A DNA stretch of 63,672 nt, counting the filler, from Octopus bimaculoides (lineage: Eukaryota): the NCBI RefSeq assembly GCF_001194135.2. It is 6 parts of 6 records of this genome, joined end to end, with 100 filler letters (N's around TTAATTAATTAA, not from the genome) between each part and the next. Parts side by side here need not be neighbours in the genome. Positions count along the whole stretch, not along the records: positions 6,367 to 38,199 come from NC_069005.1; positions 38,300 to 43,799 come from NC_068996.1; positions 43,900 to 57,098 come from NC_068990.1; 3 more parts are not named here. One strand, 5' to 3'. The position numbers were made by a program, and so were the translations under genes. The notes beneath the pieces were generated by a model. The model did not search any database, had not been told where the DNA came from, and was given only the letters and a program-made list of their open reading frames with translations. Positions 36,288 through 50,539 of the stretch are shown piece after piece (within the stretch, counting starts at the first letter, position 1; each line of letters opens with the position of its first letter).

Positions 36288-36637
36288 GTGGAGGTGCAAT
36301 GGCCCAGTGGTTAGGGCAGCGGATTCCCAGACCGGGCGATGTGAGTGTTTATTGAGGGAAAACACCTAAAGCTCCACGAGGCTCTGGCAGGGGATGGGTG
36401 GCGAACCCTGCTGTACTCTTTCACCACAACTTTCTCTCACTCTTACTTCCTGTTTCTGTTGTGCCTGTAATTCAAAGAATCAGCCTTGTCACACTGTGTC
36501 ACGCTGAATATCCCCAGGGTACACGTGTCTGTGGAATGCTCAGCTGCTTGCACGTTAATTTCACGAGCAGGCTGTTCCGTTGATCAGATCAACTGGAACC
36601 CTCGACGTCGTAAGCGACGGAGTGCCAGCATCAACAA
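36288..36637 (+). mobile_element. Family-B SINE (different head deletion)
   Basis: GTGGAGGTGCAATGGCCCAGTGGTTAGGGCAGCG|GATTCCC...GGAACCCTCGACGTCGTAAGCGACGGAGTGCCA. Confidence 0.88.
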
Positions 36638-37104
36638 TGAACCAAGAAATGTTAATTACATATGTAATGAGGAAAAATTGTTCATTGTGGTCAATAAAGA
36701 GGAGGACTATTCTGAAATTGTAATGGAGTTAATGTAAAATGTCTGTCTCAAGAGCAGCCAAAAAGTCCCAGTTTTTATTACTCAATATCGTGGTGGTGGT
36801 TGTATAGGGAACTAGCTCTGTTTAAGCTGGCCTTTTACGACGTGATAATTGTCTATTGTTGTTTTGTTGTTTATACACCTAAGTCAACTAACTCATCGAA
36901 CTAATTCATGACCTAAAATAACAATTCTGTCAGTTTCATTTTGCAATTCTTCCAGTTTTGTTCCTATTGATGTAGTATTATTGCTAATTATGGAAATGAA
37001 ATTTTTTTTTTGCCTTAAATTAATAAATAAAAGCTAATAGCTACATTACTCTGACATATCCTTTGTTAATTTCAAGGGGTAGCATCTTATTTAAAAAACT
37101 CAGC

Positions 37105-37343
37105 AGCTATTTCTTATTTCTTTACTGCCCACAAGGAGCTACCCACAGAGGGGACAAACAAGGACAGACAAACGGATTAAGTCGATTATATTGACCCCTA
37201 GTGCATAACTGGTACTTATTTAATCGACTCCGAAAGGATGAAAGGCAAAGTCGACCTCGGCGGAATTTTGGACTCAGAACGTAGCGGTAGACGAAATACC
37301 GCTAAGCATTTTGCCCGGCGTGCTAACGTTTCTGCCAGCTCGC
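37105..37343 (-). mobile_element. Family-F SINE with alternative tail
   Basis: F head and core on the minus strand but tail ...CCTTGTGGGCAGTAAAGAAATAAG instead of (ATT)n; abuts a family-A tail fragment at 37344-37400. Confidence 0.85.
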
Positions 37344-37399
37344 AGGTGGGTACTCCAGCATGGCAGCAGTCTAATGACTGGACTGAAACAAGTAACAGA

Positions 37400-37453
<54 letters not shown>

Positions 37454-38199
37454 GTATATATATATGTATATATATATATGTACGTACGTGTGTGTGTGTC
37501 TTTCTGTCTGTGTTTGTCGATTCATTCGGCTAAAAAATTATTCAAGGTGGTGCACCAGAATGGCCGCAGTCTACTAATGACTGAAACAAGTAGAAGATAA
37601 AAGTTATATACTACCCTAGCTGCAGCGCAGTGGGACTGAACCTGAAAGCATGCAGCTGCAAAACAGGCTTCTTAACCACATAGCTGCGCTTGTGCCTACA
37701 TTGCAGGGATTTTCCATTTGTTTTCTAGGAATAAATAATCTTACACACACACACACTTACATAAAGAATAACACAGTATTTGGGTAGTGAATAATGTGCA
37801 CACCCCTTTAATGAATAGTTTCTAATTTTGGCAGAAGGCCAGTGATTTTGAGGGGTGGTGTGGGTAAGTTAGCATGAATCTCATTCACATATTCACAATT
37901 GCCTGGGACTTAATTTGACTCAAACAAAAAGGCTTTCTCACTTTGTTAATGACGGGGGAAAAAACACATGCATAACACATAAAAAAAATATGAATGACTG
38001 TGTGTGTGAGTGCAGGTGTGTATGTTAATGTATGTGTGTGTGAGTGCATGTGTGTGTGAGTGCAGGTGTGTGGTTATGTATGTGTGTGCTGTGTCTGTGT
38101 TTGCGTACACCTTTGCATGCGTCTACATACTCATTTACCACGCTGCTGCTGCTACTACTACTTCCACCACCACCACCACCACCACCACCACCACCACCA

Positions 38200-38299
38200 N
38201 NNNNNNNNNNNNNNNNNNNNNNNNNNNNNNNNNNNNNNNNNNNTTAATTAATTAANNNNNNNNNNNNNNNNNNNNNNNNNNNNNNNNNNNNNNNNNNNN
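38200..38299. other. Artificial assembly linker
   Basis: N44-TTAATTAATTAA(38244-38255)-N44. Confidence 0.95.
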
Positions 38300-38340
<41 letters not shown>

Positions 38341-38610
38341 CATATATATTATACGAAATGTCGATGGACGGATTAACCTCGGAAATGTATATTCGAATAT
38401 ATTTTCACAATCTAATTTATGTTTAATTAATTATAGACACCCTCAGTTAAAAGTATTTCGCTTAGAGGAATTAAGACGTTCCCTATGTAATACATTTGTA
38501 TGCATATTCCAGACAAATATTTATGAACACATTCACCCAAATATATGAAACCAGATAGACAGTTACAAAGGTTGAGAGGCAGACGGACAATTCTTCAGAC
38601 AGACGAACAC

Positions 38611-38691
<81 letters not shown>

Positions 38692-39419
38692 CAGATAGGC
38701 TGAATGTGAGACAAATTTATAGTTTTGCGCAGACATATAATTAGTCAAGTTCTCTCCGTTCACATAATTCTTACAAAGCAATTTAGCATTAGTTATACAC
38801 ATAAATATGTGTGTGCCTCTGTGTGTGTGTGGGTGAGGGCTTGTGTGTGTATTCTTGTGTGTATGTATGTATGTATATNNNNNNNNNNNNNNNNNNNNNN
38901 NNNNNNNNNNNNNNNNNNNNNNNNNNNNNNNNNNNNNNNNNNNNATATATATATATATATATATATATACATATCTATCTATCTAACTGTCTGTCTGTCT
39001 ATCTATCTAATGATCTATCTATCTAGAAAGTTATGGATGTATGTGCGTCACTGTGTTTGTGTATGTTTATCTGTATGTGTGTGTGTCTGCTTTTGTGTAT
39101 GATTCGTTTCTACATGATTTTGTGTGTATGTGCATGAAGACGGAGTAAATATAATTTCATATTTCCATATTACCTATAAGTGTGTGGAGATAGAAACAGA
39201 ATAATGTGACGCCGCGTTTCCATATATTATCCTATCATACATCTTCAGTCTAAATATCTTTTGTCTTATACGACGGGCTTGTATAAGCTCAGTAATTATC
39301 GAACTACTGAAATATCTATAGAAGTAAATATAGCAGAAATGTCTTACGGAAATTATTATTCATTGACAGTTATCTATCTATGTCACTCTCAGTGTGTAAA
39401 TGTAATGGTACACACACAT

Positions 39420-39451
<32 letters not shown>

Positions 39452-39464
39452 TCACACACATGTT

Positions 39465-39496
<32 letters not shown>

Positions 39497-40226
39497 CTTA
39501 ATTTCTTATATTTATACTAAGAGGGATAGATACATACAAGCATATATATGATTATGTTTATATATATATAAGGTAAAAATCTAAAAATTAATATTGCCTA
39601 TAAATATTAAAATACGAAATATTGATTAATATATAATATATTTATCTTAATATTTATTATTATGTTAATATGATATATTTATCTTAATAAATATATTGCC
39701 AGAATTTAGTTTCCAGAGATTTTTCCGTCTTTGTTACCGATATGAACCTGAAATTATTATATTCATTGAGCGCTCAGCTAAAATGCATTGCGCAGAAAAT
39801 ATTTTTCTTGTATCTACACTATATACTGAAGTCCAGCATTTGCAACCCTTTGTGTGCATGAGTAAGTGTACAACTGGGCAAGTGTATGTGTGGGAGAGAT
39901 GGTGCCATATATGTTATTGGCTCAAGTGAGAAGGCGTGAAGGAACACGATCGGAAATAAAATTCTTAGAGCAAATTCCTTCATAGTTTATTTCATTTTCG
40001 CTAACATACCACATTTTCTATAGTATATAAACTATTGAAGGATCCACTTAAGCATGCACTCAAGTCATATTACACATACACACACACACACACACATATA
40101 CACACGCACATATACATACATATATACATACATTCACATATACACATACATATTTATGCCCAATTTAGAGTAGTTGCTGTGCTAGGGAGCAAAATAATGC
40201 GATAGACACTGTGAGAGTACTTCTCA

Positions 40227-40261
<35 letters not shown>

Positions 40262-40272
40262 TCAATAATAAA

Positions 40273-40319
<47 letters not shown>

Positions 40320-40324
40320 CAACA

Positions 40325-40545
40325 ATAATTCTTTCTACAGGAAGCACGAGGCCTCAGATTTGGGAGAAGAGATTATTTAAGGCGATTAGATCGAACTCAG
40401 TACATAACTGGTATTTATTTAATCCACCACGAAAGGATGAAACGCAAAGTCGACCTCGGAGGAATTCGAAATCAGAACGTAGTAACAGACGAAATACCGC
40501 TAAGCATTTCGCCCGGCGCGCTAACGACTCTGCCAGCTCGTCGTC

Positions 40546-40547
<2 letters not shown>
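40325..40547 (-). mobile_element. Family-F SINE within AAT arrays
   Basis: Reverse complement AAGACGACGAGCTGGCAGAGTCGTTAGCGCGCCGGGCGAAATGCTTAGCGG...GTAGAAAGAATTATT. Confidence 0.88.
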
Positions 40548-40634
<87 letters not shown>

Positions 40635-40683
40635 AATTATTATTACTGTTGTTGTTGTCGTTTTATTATTGTTGCTATTGTTG

Positions 40684-41110
40684 TTCAGTAGTCTTATTTT
40701 TATAACGTGCTTTCACGTCACTACCGAGCGCAGCTCTGTGTGCCTTGGGTATGTGCTGTGGTTTGCTGTGATGCTCTTATGCTTACTGTATTGAAAGTGT
40801 TTTATGTAGGACGTGTGCAGTACCCAGTAGTGCAATTTTCTGCATTTTATATATACTTGTAAGTCACGCTGCTTTTGTTATGTATTTGTCTGAATTTTTT
40901 TTTATCATACCTAATGTGCCTATTATGATAGGAATTGTTTCTGTTTTTAGACTCCACATCCGAGCTACCTCTATTTCGAGATCTTTGTATTCTGAAAGTT
41001 TCTCCATTTCTTTTAGAGAAACGTTGTCATCTCTTGGTATTGATACATCGATTAGAGACGGTTTTTTTTTCCTGCCACCTCTGACAACTATATCCGGCCT
41101 GCTAGTCTTG
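40684..41110 (-). mobile_element. R4/Dong-clade LINE 3' end (RLE endonuclease C-terminus plus 3'UTR), 5'-truncated
   Basis: Minus translation SRPDIVV...LIDVSIPRDDNVSLKEMEKLSEYKDLEIEVARMWSLKTETIPIIIGTLGMIKK...QKIALLGTAHVLHKTLSIQ* (stop 40783-40785), i.e. PD..D..K motif; ends in AAC/AAT repeats. Confidence 0.9.
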
Positions 41111-41141
<31 letters not shown>

Positions 41142-41145
41142 ATTT

Positions 41146-41368
41146 AGGCGGCGAGCTGGCAGAATCGTTATCACGTCGGAAAAAATGTGTAGCGGGTATT
41201 TCGGCCGACTTTACGTTCCGAGTTCAAATTCCTCGGAAGTCGACTTTGCCTTTCATCCTTTCAGATTCGATGAAAAAATTACTAGTCGAGTACTGGGGTC
41301 GATTTACTTGAAAAACCTCCTCCTCGAACATTTCAGGCTTTGTGCCCATAGTAATTAAGAGTATTATT
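41146..41368 (+). mobile_element. Family-F SINE
   Basis: AGGCGGCGAGCTGGCAGAATCGTTATCACG...GAGTTCAAATTCC...CTGGGGTCGAT; follows (ACT)n. Confidence 0.88.
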
Positions 41369-41984
41369 NNNNNNNNNNNNNNNNNNNNNNNNNNNNNNNN
41401 NNNNNNNNNNNNNNNNNNNNNNNNNNNNNNNNNNNNNNNNNNNNNNNNNNNNNNNNNNNNNNNNNNNNNNNNNNNNNNNNNNNNNNNNNNNNNNNNNNNN
41501 NNNNNNNNNNNNNNNNNNNNNNNNNNNNNNNNNNNNNNNNNNNNNNNNNNNNNNNNNNNNNNNNNNNNNNNNNNNNNNNNNNNNNNNNNNNNNNNNNNNN
41601 NNNNNNNNNNNNNNNNNNNNNNNNNNNNNNNNNNNNNNNNNNNNNNNNNNNNNNNNNNNNNNNNNNNNNNNNNNNNNNNNNNNNNNNNNNNNNNNNNNNN
41701 NNNNNNNNNNNNNNNNNNNNNNNNNNNNNNNNNNNNNNNNNNNNNNNNNNNNNNNNNNNNNNNNNNNNNNNNNNNNNNNNNNNNNNNNNNNNNNNNNNNN
41801 NNNNNNNNNNNNNNNNNNNNNNNNNNNNNNNNNNNNNNNNNNNNNNNNNNNNNNNNNNNNNNNNNNNNNNNNNNNNNNNNNNNNNNNNNNNNNNNNNNNN
41901 NNNNNNNNNNNNNNNNNNNNNNNNNNNNNNNNNNNNNNNNNNNNNNNNNNNNNNNNNNTATATATATATATATATATATATATT

Positions 41985-42015
<31 letters not shown>

Positions 42016-42559
42016 GTGTGTGTGTGTATGTATGTGATAGTGTGTGTAGTGTATGAATGTGTGCATGTGCGTGTGTGTGTTTCGAAGCATATGCACTCAT
42101 TCATACAGGGGACTGTGCGGTTTTCTACAGATGACGAAAATGGACATCCAATTTCGTGTATGACGATTTGTTACACCTTCAAAGTATGATCTCAAGAAAC
42201 AAAAAGAAAAACAAATAAGCATACAAACCAAAGAGTCTCATACGCACAGAATCAATCACATATACAAGCGCACAAGCATGCAAGCGCTCTTGTGCACCCT
42301 CACGCACGCGCGTGAAGGCACACACACAAACACCCACATACTCGCGTTCTTGCTCAAGATTTAAAGTTAAGAATAAATTTTAACCTAAATTTTAGGTTAA
42401 AAATCTAATTTGGTTTTCTTACTTTGTTGAAACTTAGTTGAGTATTCCTTAAATAGTTTATTACTGCGACATATATTGCCATATACTATCTGACTGCTTC
42501 TTCTGTTTGTACACATATGTCTGTGTGCACATAAACAATACACTTGCAAGTGTCTTTAT

Positions 42560-43016
42560 GGTAATGATCGCATAGTTCCCGGTTGAGTCTCACTGCACCA
42601 TGGTACCTGGGGCAAGCGCCTACTTTTATATCCTTGGGCCGACCGAAACCTTCCAAGGATTCCTAGACAGAAACTGAAAATGCCTGTTCTAAATGCCTCT
42701 GTGTGTATGTGTGCGTTTGTGTGTATGTGTGTGTGTGTGTATGTGTGTGTGTTTGTGTATGTTTGTGTGTGTATGTGTGTGTGTATGTCTATACGTGTGT
42801 GTGTATATGCGTGTGTACGTGTGTGTGTGTGTCTTGGCAAGTTATGTTGGTATAACCCCCATAAATTAGTGGTTCGACAAACAAATTTTAATAGAACAAG
42901 TATCAGGTTTATAAAAATAAAAAGAAGTGCTGGCATGGATTCGTTTGTGAAAAATTCTTCAAATTGGTGTCCCAGTTTAACTGCAATCTAATGACTTGAA
43001 ACAAGTAAAAGAAAAA
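42560..43016 (+). mobile_element. Old, diverged family-A SINE with expanded internal (TG)n
   Basis: Head remnants (GGGCCGACCGAAACC, GAAACTGAAA), (TG)n, TAGTGGTTCGACAAA, tail AATGACTTGAAACAAGTAAAAG in family-A order. Confidence 0.65.
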
Positions 43017-43445
43017 CAAAAATGAAAGATATAGATTTCTATATAAATATGTGTTTATATATATCTTAACACACACGTTCACACACACATACATTCGTTC
43101 GGCAAAATCATTTAAAACAGTTCTGTGGCCTGGTCGCAACGCACTGTTTCAAATATGTAAAGGAATAAAAAAAAAATCAAATATGTGCGTGCGTGCGTGT
43201 GTGTGTATGTATTTGTATGCGTAGAGTGTATACACAGATAGATAGATAGATAATATATCTTCTAGCTTCTCGCATCAATGAAAACTGTTTTGCATGATAA
43301 AGAGCTAGTTAGAAAAATAAGATTTTACTCAACAAAAATACACGCATACGAATACACACATACACATATAATAATGTTTAACTATATGTATATGTGTGTC
43401 CATATATATGCATATATGTATGCTAAATGTATATATACATGTATG

Positions 43446-43484
<39 letters not shown>

Positions 43485-43494
43485 NNNNNNNNNN

Positions 43495-43553
<59 letters not shown>

Positions 43554-43799
43554 CATATATAAACTTTATTAATGAGGGTAGAAATTGATATTAATCAATT
43601 AAAAGCAGTGGCTAAATTTTTACTGAGAACATATTTTTTTCGTGGTAAGATGATTCGGCAACTATTTCTAGCATATAGGAGTCCACTTTTGCTGGTCATT
43701 CCTCTTATGTGTATGTAATATATACATATATATATATACATACATATCTACATGTATGGATACACTAATTTAGGTATGTATATATATATATATATATAT

Positions 43800-43899
43800 N
43801 NNNNNNNNNNNNNNNNNNNNNNNNNNNNNNNNNNNNNNNNNNNTTAATTAATTAANNNNNNNNNNNNNNNNNNNNNNNNNNNNNNNNNNNNNNNNNNNN
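43800..43899. other. Artificial assembly linker
   Basis: N44-TTAATTAATTAA(43844-43855)-N44. Confidence 0.95.
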
Positions 43900-44630
43900 T
43901 ATATATATATATATATATATATCGCCGGATTGGCTTAATCGGATGATTACAGTTCAAAAGGTCACGTGGCGTCTAGAAAAGTCTTCCCCATCGTTTTTTT
44001 CTTTTTCGGTTTTGTGTTTCCGAGAGCAAATTTGTTGGGTTCCACTTTGCCTTTTATAGTTTCAAGTTTCAAAATACGGTCGCCTCGTCAGTCCCATTCA
44101 AAAACATATGACGTTTTTCCGGAGCGAGAAATCAATATACAGTGTTTAATGTATTTCATAGAATTTTCTAGAATACGCAGACTAATATAAAAGGAATCTT
44201 GCTAAAATACTCTCCAAGAAGCAACCGAACGTGGAGTCTAGCTCGTGGTCGGTGGATCTGCGAAAAATAGAAATCATATAACCCTAAAATGACAATATTC
44301 TTTCTTAAATAAGTGGCTGCTGCATTAAAGAACTTAATCTTTTAAACAAAGCGTAATTTTCACAGTTAGAGTAACTTTCATTAGAAGTCTCCATTCGATC
44401 AGCTTTGTCTTGAAGCTTAGCTAAGGGAGGACGAGCAAATACTTATAGCGGTCACCCTTTTAACTACATATAGAGCTCACATATATCAAGATTTACTCAT
44501 TTAAACAATTCACACATTAACATGATCATTTACACAATCATGAGCACTAATTCACATCAAATGTATGGAAGCATGAATATGCACACGTTTTCACACCCTT
44601 ACAAAGTTATTGGAAAGGTACTGGCACCGA

Positions 44631-44694
<64 letters not shown>

Positions 44695-46559
44695 NNNNNN
44701 NNNNNNNNNNNNNNNNNNNNNNNNNNNNNNNNNNNNNNNNNNNNNNNNNNNNNNNNNNNNNNNNNNNNNNNNNNNNNNNNNNNNNNNNNNNNNNNNNNNN
44801 NNNNNNNNNNNNNNNNNNNNNNNNNNNNNNNNNNNNNNNNNNNNNNNNNNNNNNNNNNNNNNNNNNNNNNNNNNNNNNNNNNNNNNNNNNNNNNNNNNNN
44901 NNNNNNNNNNNNNNNNNNNNNNNNNNNNNNNNNNNNNNNNNNNNNNNNNNNNNNNNNNNNNNNNNNNNNNNNNNNNNNNNNNNNNNNNNNNNNNNNNNNN
45001 NNNNNNNNNNNNNNNNNNNNNNNNNNNNNNNNNNNNNNNNNNNNNNNNNNNNNNNNNNNNNNNNNNNNNNNNNNNNNNNNNNNNNNNNNNNNNNNNNNNN
45101 NNNNNNNNNNNNNNNNNNNNNNNNNNNNNNNNNNNNNNNNNNNNNNNNNNNNNNNNNNNNNNNNNNNNNNNNNNNNNNNNNNNNNNNNNNNNNNNNNNNN
45201 NNNNNNNNNNNNNNNNNNNNNNNNNNNNNNNNNNNNNNNNNNNNNNNNNNNNNNNNNNNNNNNNNNNNNNNNNNNNNNNNNNNNNNNNNNNNNNNNNNNN
45301 NNNNNNNNNNNNNNNNNNNNNNNNNNNNNNNNNNNNNNNNNNNNNNNNNNNNNNNNNNNNNNNNNNNNNNNNNNNNNNNNNNNNNNNNNNNNNNNNNNNN
45401 NNNNNNNNNNNNNNNNNNNNNNNNNNNNNNNNNNNNNNNNNNNNNNNNNNNNNNNNNNNNNNNNNNNNNNNNNNNNNNNNNNNNNNNNNNNNNNNNNNNN
45501 NNNNNNNNNNNNNNNNNNNNNNNNNNNNNNNNNNNNNNNNNNNNNNNNNNNNNNNNNNNNNNNNNNNNNNNNNNNNNNNNNNNNNNNNNNNNNNNNNNNN
45601 NNNNNNNNNNNNNNNNNNNNNNNNNNNNNNNNNNNNNNNNNNNNNNNNNNNNNNNNNNNNNNNNNNNNNNNNNNNNNNNNNNNNNNNTATTTATATTTAT
45701 ATATATAAATGAAAGTAAATAAAATAAAGGAATGAATATATTTATATGGGTTGGAACGAAAGATGTATGCATGCAAAGGAACTTGTATTAAATAAAACAA
45801 TGGATGACCAAAAGTTATGTCAAAATGAGAAAGTGAAAGAAAAATATTTTATTCTTTTATATTCTATTGGTTTCAACTAGAAGTTGGAACTATTCTGGGA
45901 CATCGCCATTAGCGTTAAAGCTTGTTTGTTTTAGACTCATTTCCTGGTTCTATGTCCGCAACGTTAGAGAAAGAAATTTAAAAGGAGAAATATGAAAAAC
46001 TTGAAAGTGAAAAGAAAAAGTAACAAGAAATATAAAATGATGTGAGAGTGACATGTGCAGAAGGGAGTGTTAACGACTACGAGAGAGAAGTGAAATATGA
46101 GTGAAAGAAAATCTAAGAATAAAAGCATAAATGAAATAAATACATGAACCAGAATGTTAAAACGCGAAATGAAAGAAGAGATGAGGTTAATGCGAACGAA
46201 AATGAGAGTGAAATTACAATTGAAAGAAGTAACACGCGGGAAAGAACAACTGAGAAAGGTAAAATAAAATTAATAAAAAAAAACAAGCGGAAGAAACGAC
46301 AGATATGAAAACGTTAAATGAAACATATGGGAAGGAAAATGAAAGTAAAATGAAGAAAATTAGATACGTGAAAAACGAAAGTAAAAGTGAAATAGAAGAA
46401 AATAAATACAAGTTAGAAATGGTATAGTTTATAGAAGTAAAGGAAGTACTATATTCCATTGAGAGGGAATGGTCGAAGTAGTGATGGAGGGACAAGANNN
46501 NNNNNNNNNNNNNNNNNNNNNNNNNNNNNNNNNNNNNNNNNNNNNNNNNNNNNNNNNNN

Positions 46560-46657
46560 NNNNNNNNTGTATATGTATTTGTATGTATGCATATATATGT
46601 ATATACAGATATATATGTATATGAAAAACTTGATATGATATATATATATACACACGC

Positions 46658-46688
<31 letters not shown>

Positions 46689-47039
46689 TACGTAAATGCT
46701 ATGTATGTAGATGTGGGTGTGTCGCTTCAGTGTGTACTGCGTGTATTTCTCTGTCAACAAGGACGCGAAACGATATCAAGATTTTGGTAGGAGATTATCA
46801 ACGTATGGTAGTAGTAAGAGTAAGGGGTGAGGTGGGGGATTCGGACTGAGGAGTGAAAGACAAGTAAATGTGAAGGAGGGGGATTTTCATTTCGTTGTTC
46901 TTTTTCCTGTGTTTTGACTCTTTCTTGCCATCTCTTCTCAAATATCTATCAATTTCTCCCTTCTCATATTTTAAACTCGATATTCTCTGTTTATTAAAAC
47001 CAAGAATTACACAAAAGACGTCTCTCTCTCTCTCGCTCT

Positions 47040-47084
<45 letters not shown>

Positions 47085-47476
47085 ACTCTCAGTCCCTCTT
47101 TCACTATTTATATACAATACATCACTTTCTCTCCCCAGCCTCTCTTTCTTTCGTTAGTCACTGTTTCTTTTTCTCACCTTTTAATGTCTCCGTTCTCTTC
47201 GTTCATTTTCCTCACCGAGTCTCTTCATCTTTTCTCCCTTTCTCGTTTACTTTCTCTTTTACTATTCATTTATCCTGTTGATTTCATCTCACTCAGTCTC
47301 TATTTGTCTATCAAATTGTCTATGTGCTTGCCTGTCTATGTATGTCTTTCTATCGCTTGCCTTTTCTCTGTCTCAAAGTTCCTATTATCTCTCATATTCC
47401 TCTACATTCTTCTGTTAATCAATCCCTGTAACTCCATTCAGTCGAGACCCTCATATATATATATATATATATATAA

Positions 47477-47540
<64 letters not shown>

Positions 47541-49155
47541 GCATCTATATATGCATATAGATGTAGGTATGTACATACATATACGTATATATGCATATAC
47601 TCACATATTATTTGTATTATTATATGATCGAACGCACGCGTCACCCTTGCAAGTATATATATATGTGTGTATGTATGTGAGTGTGTGAGTATATGTATGT
47701 ATACACACACACGCATATATATACATGTATATATACATAAACACACACTCGCGCACACACACACACATACTCACACATACACACACTCACACACACATCC
47801 CTCTGTGAGTGCCTTTAGTTGTCATAAGTCTATCGTTATTTTCATTTTGTACGTGGCTCTCTCGTGGTTTTCAAGCACTCTAACAACAAACACACGAATT
47901 CTCCTATTTCTGTAGAGCGACACAATGTGGGAGCCTATATATGATCGCACGACCTGCTTGAAACAACAGCCAGGTAAAGTTACACGACAGTATTAAGGAG
48001 CAAAAACAAAAAAACGAAACAAAACAACAACAAAAAAAAAATCCGCCGCAAATTGGAGAATGTAGTCCAAAGTAATATCTAAGAAGGGAATGAAAATGAA
48101 AGAATAAAAGAAGCTACGGTTATGTTTTCAGGAACGATTTTTTTTCCATGATGAGCCTACGCGATTGTGACTGACGTGGAATTAGAACAGGACAGTCACC
48201 AACAAAACGAACTCACCCATTAGAAGGCAACGAAGCTATATATATATATATATATNNNNNNNNNNNNNNNNNNNNNNNNNNNNNNNNNNNNNNNNNNNNN
48301 NNNNNNNNNNNNNNNNNNNNNNNNNNNNNNNNNNNNNNNNNNNNNNNNNNNNNNNNNNNNNNNNNNNNNNNNNNNNNNNNNNNNNNNNNNNNNNNNNNNN
48401 NNNNNNNNNNNNNNNNNNNNNNNNNNNNNNNNNNNNNNNNNNNNNNNNNNNNNNNNNNNNNNNNNNNNNNNNNNNNNNNNNNNNNNNNNNNNNNNNNNNN
48501 NNNNNNNNNNNNNNNNNNNNNNNNNNNNNNNNNNNNNNNNNNNNNNNNNNNNNNNNNNNNNNNNNNNNNNNNNNNNNNNNNNNNNNNNNNNNNNNNNNNN
48601 NNNNNNNNNNNNNNNNNNNNNNNNNNNNNNNNNNNNNNNNNNNNNNNNNNNNNNNNNNNNNNNNNNNNNNNNNNNNNNNNNNNNNNNNNNNNNNNNNNNN
48701 NNNNNNNNNNNNNNNNNNNNNNNNNNNNNNNNNNNNNNNNNNNNNNNNNNNNNNNNNNNNNNNNNNNNNNNNNNNNNNNNNNNNNNNNNNNNNNNNNNNN
48801 NNNNNNNNNNNNNNNNNNNNNNNNNNNNNNNNNNNNNNNNNNNNNNNNNNNNNNNNNNNNNNNNNNNNNNNNNNNNNNNNNNNNNNNNNNNNNNNNNNNN
48901 NNNNNNNNNNNNNNNNNNNNNNNNNNNNNNNTCCGATCTTCTTTTTTTATTTTGTTGACTGTGCTGTTCTGCAAAAGGTTGTATGGAAAAAAATAGACAG
49001 ACAGACAGACAGATAGGTAGATAGATAAATAGATAGAAGTTTGGATGGACAGATAGATAAACAGCTACATACAGAGATGGGTTATTAGATAGGTAGATAA
49101 ATAAATGGATAGATAGATAGGTAGAAAGATAGATAAGAGGAAAGACAAACAGCTA

Positions 49156-49195
<40 letters not shown>

Positions 49196-50054
49196 NNNNN
49201 NNNNNNNNNNNNNNNNNNNNNNNNNNNNNNNNNNNNNNNNNNNNNNNNNNNNNNNNNNNNNNNNNNNNNNNNNNNNNNNNNNNNNNNNNNNNNNNNNNNN
49301 NNNNNNNNNTAGATAGATACATGGACAGATAGGCAGGTACATAGAGTGGGAGACCAAAAGACAACCAATTAGTCGCATATAGAGGAGAGATAGACTGACC
49401 GATAGATAAATAGACCGACGTGCTGTCCGGCATTCGCGATCATTAACGCCTCTTGACACACACCTGCACTTACATATACGACGCATACATGCACATTGCG
49501 CACATTACACACACACACACGTGCGCTCTTGCACACATACACACACACATCCAACTCCACCGCACACACATTTCTATACGTTGGTCTGTACGTGGTAGCC
49601 CAAGTTTCTAGAAATAGCAACCAAATCTTTCGAGAGTTGTACTATACTGCCTTTCAGAATGATAAATATCGCATTGGAGAATGCAGAACAACAAATGAAT
49701 AAATAAATGGGATGGTCATGACTGGAATGCTATTGATCGAAGGCCCACTCAAACAGGAATAAAAGAGGGTCTAAACGATGAAATCACCAACATCGACAAC
49801 TAAAACGACGACGACGCTCAAACCACTTCTAACACGACCACCACCACCAATAACAACAACCACGGAAATACCAAAACTGTATACATAGATATACAGGCAC
49901 ACACGCATACAATCAAACACGTGCACATACAGACATACGTGCATTCTCTCTCTTTTCACTTTCACTTTCTCTTTCTCTCCTCTCTCACACACAGTCACTC
50001 ACACATATGCGTTACACTCCAGATCAAACTTCTACATACATAAGTTTTTGAATG

Positions 50055-50102
<48 letters not shown>

Positions 50103-50429
50103 GTCTATCTATCTGTCTATCTATCTATCTATCTATCTATCAACTTACCTGTATAAAATAAAATATATATATAAGTATGTATGTATACATGTATGCATAT
50201 ATGTATATGCATATTAGCGGTTAAATATATTGAACTAAAAATCCCCTTCATATGGAATAGTTGAATCCAAAATTCGAACGTTTTCATTATATATTTATTA
50301 TGTATTATTTATATATTTGTCTACTTGCAGTCACACTGTTAACAACGATTTATTTCACGTCTCTCGAAGTTTCCAAATTCCTATGACGTAAACAACATAT
50401 GTGTGTGTGTATGTGTGTGTGTATGTGTG

Positions 50430-50489
<60 letters not shown>

Positions 50490-50492
50490 TAT

Positions 50493-50539
<47 letters not shown>

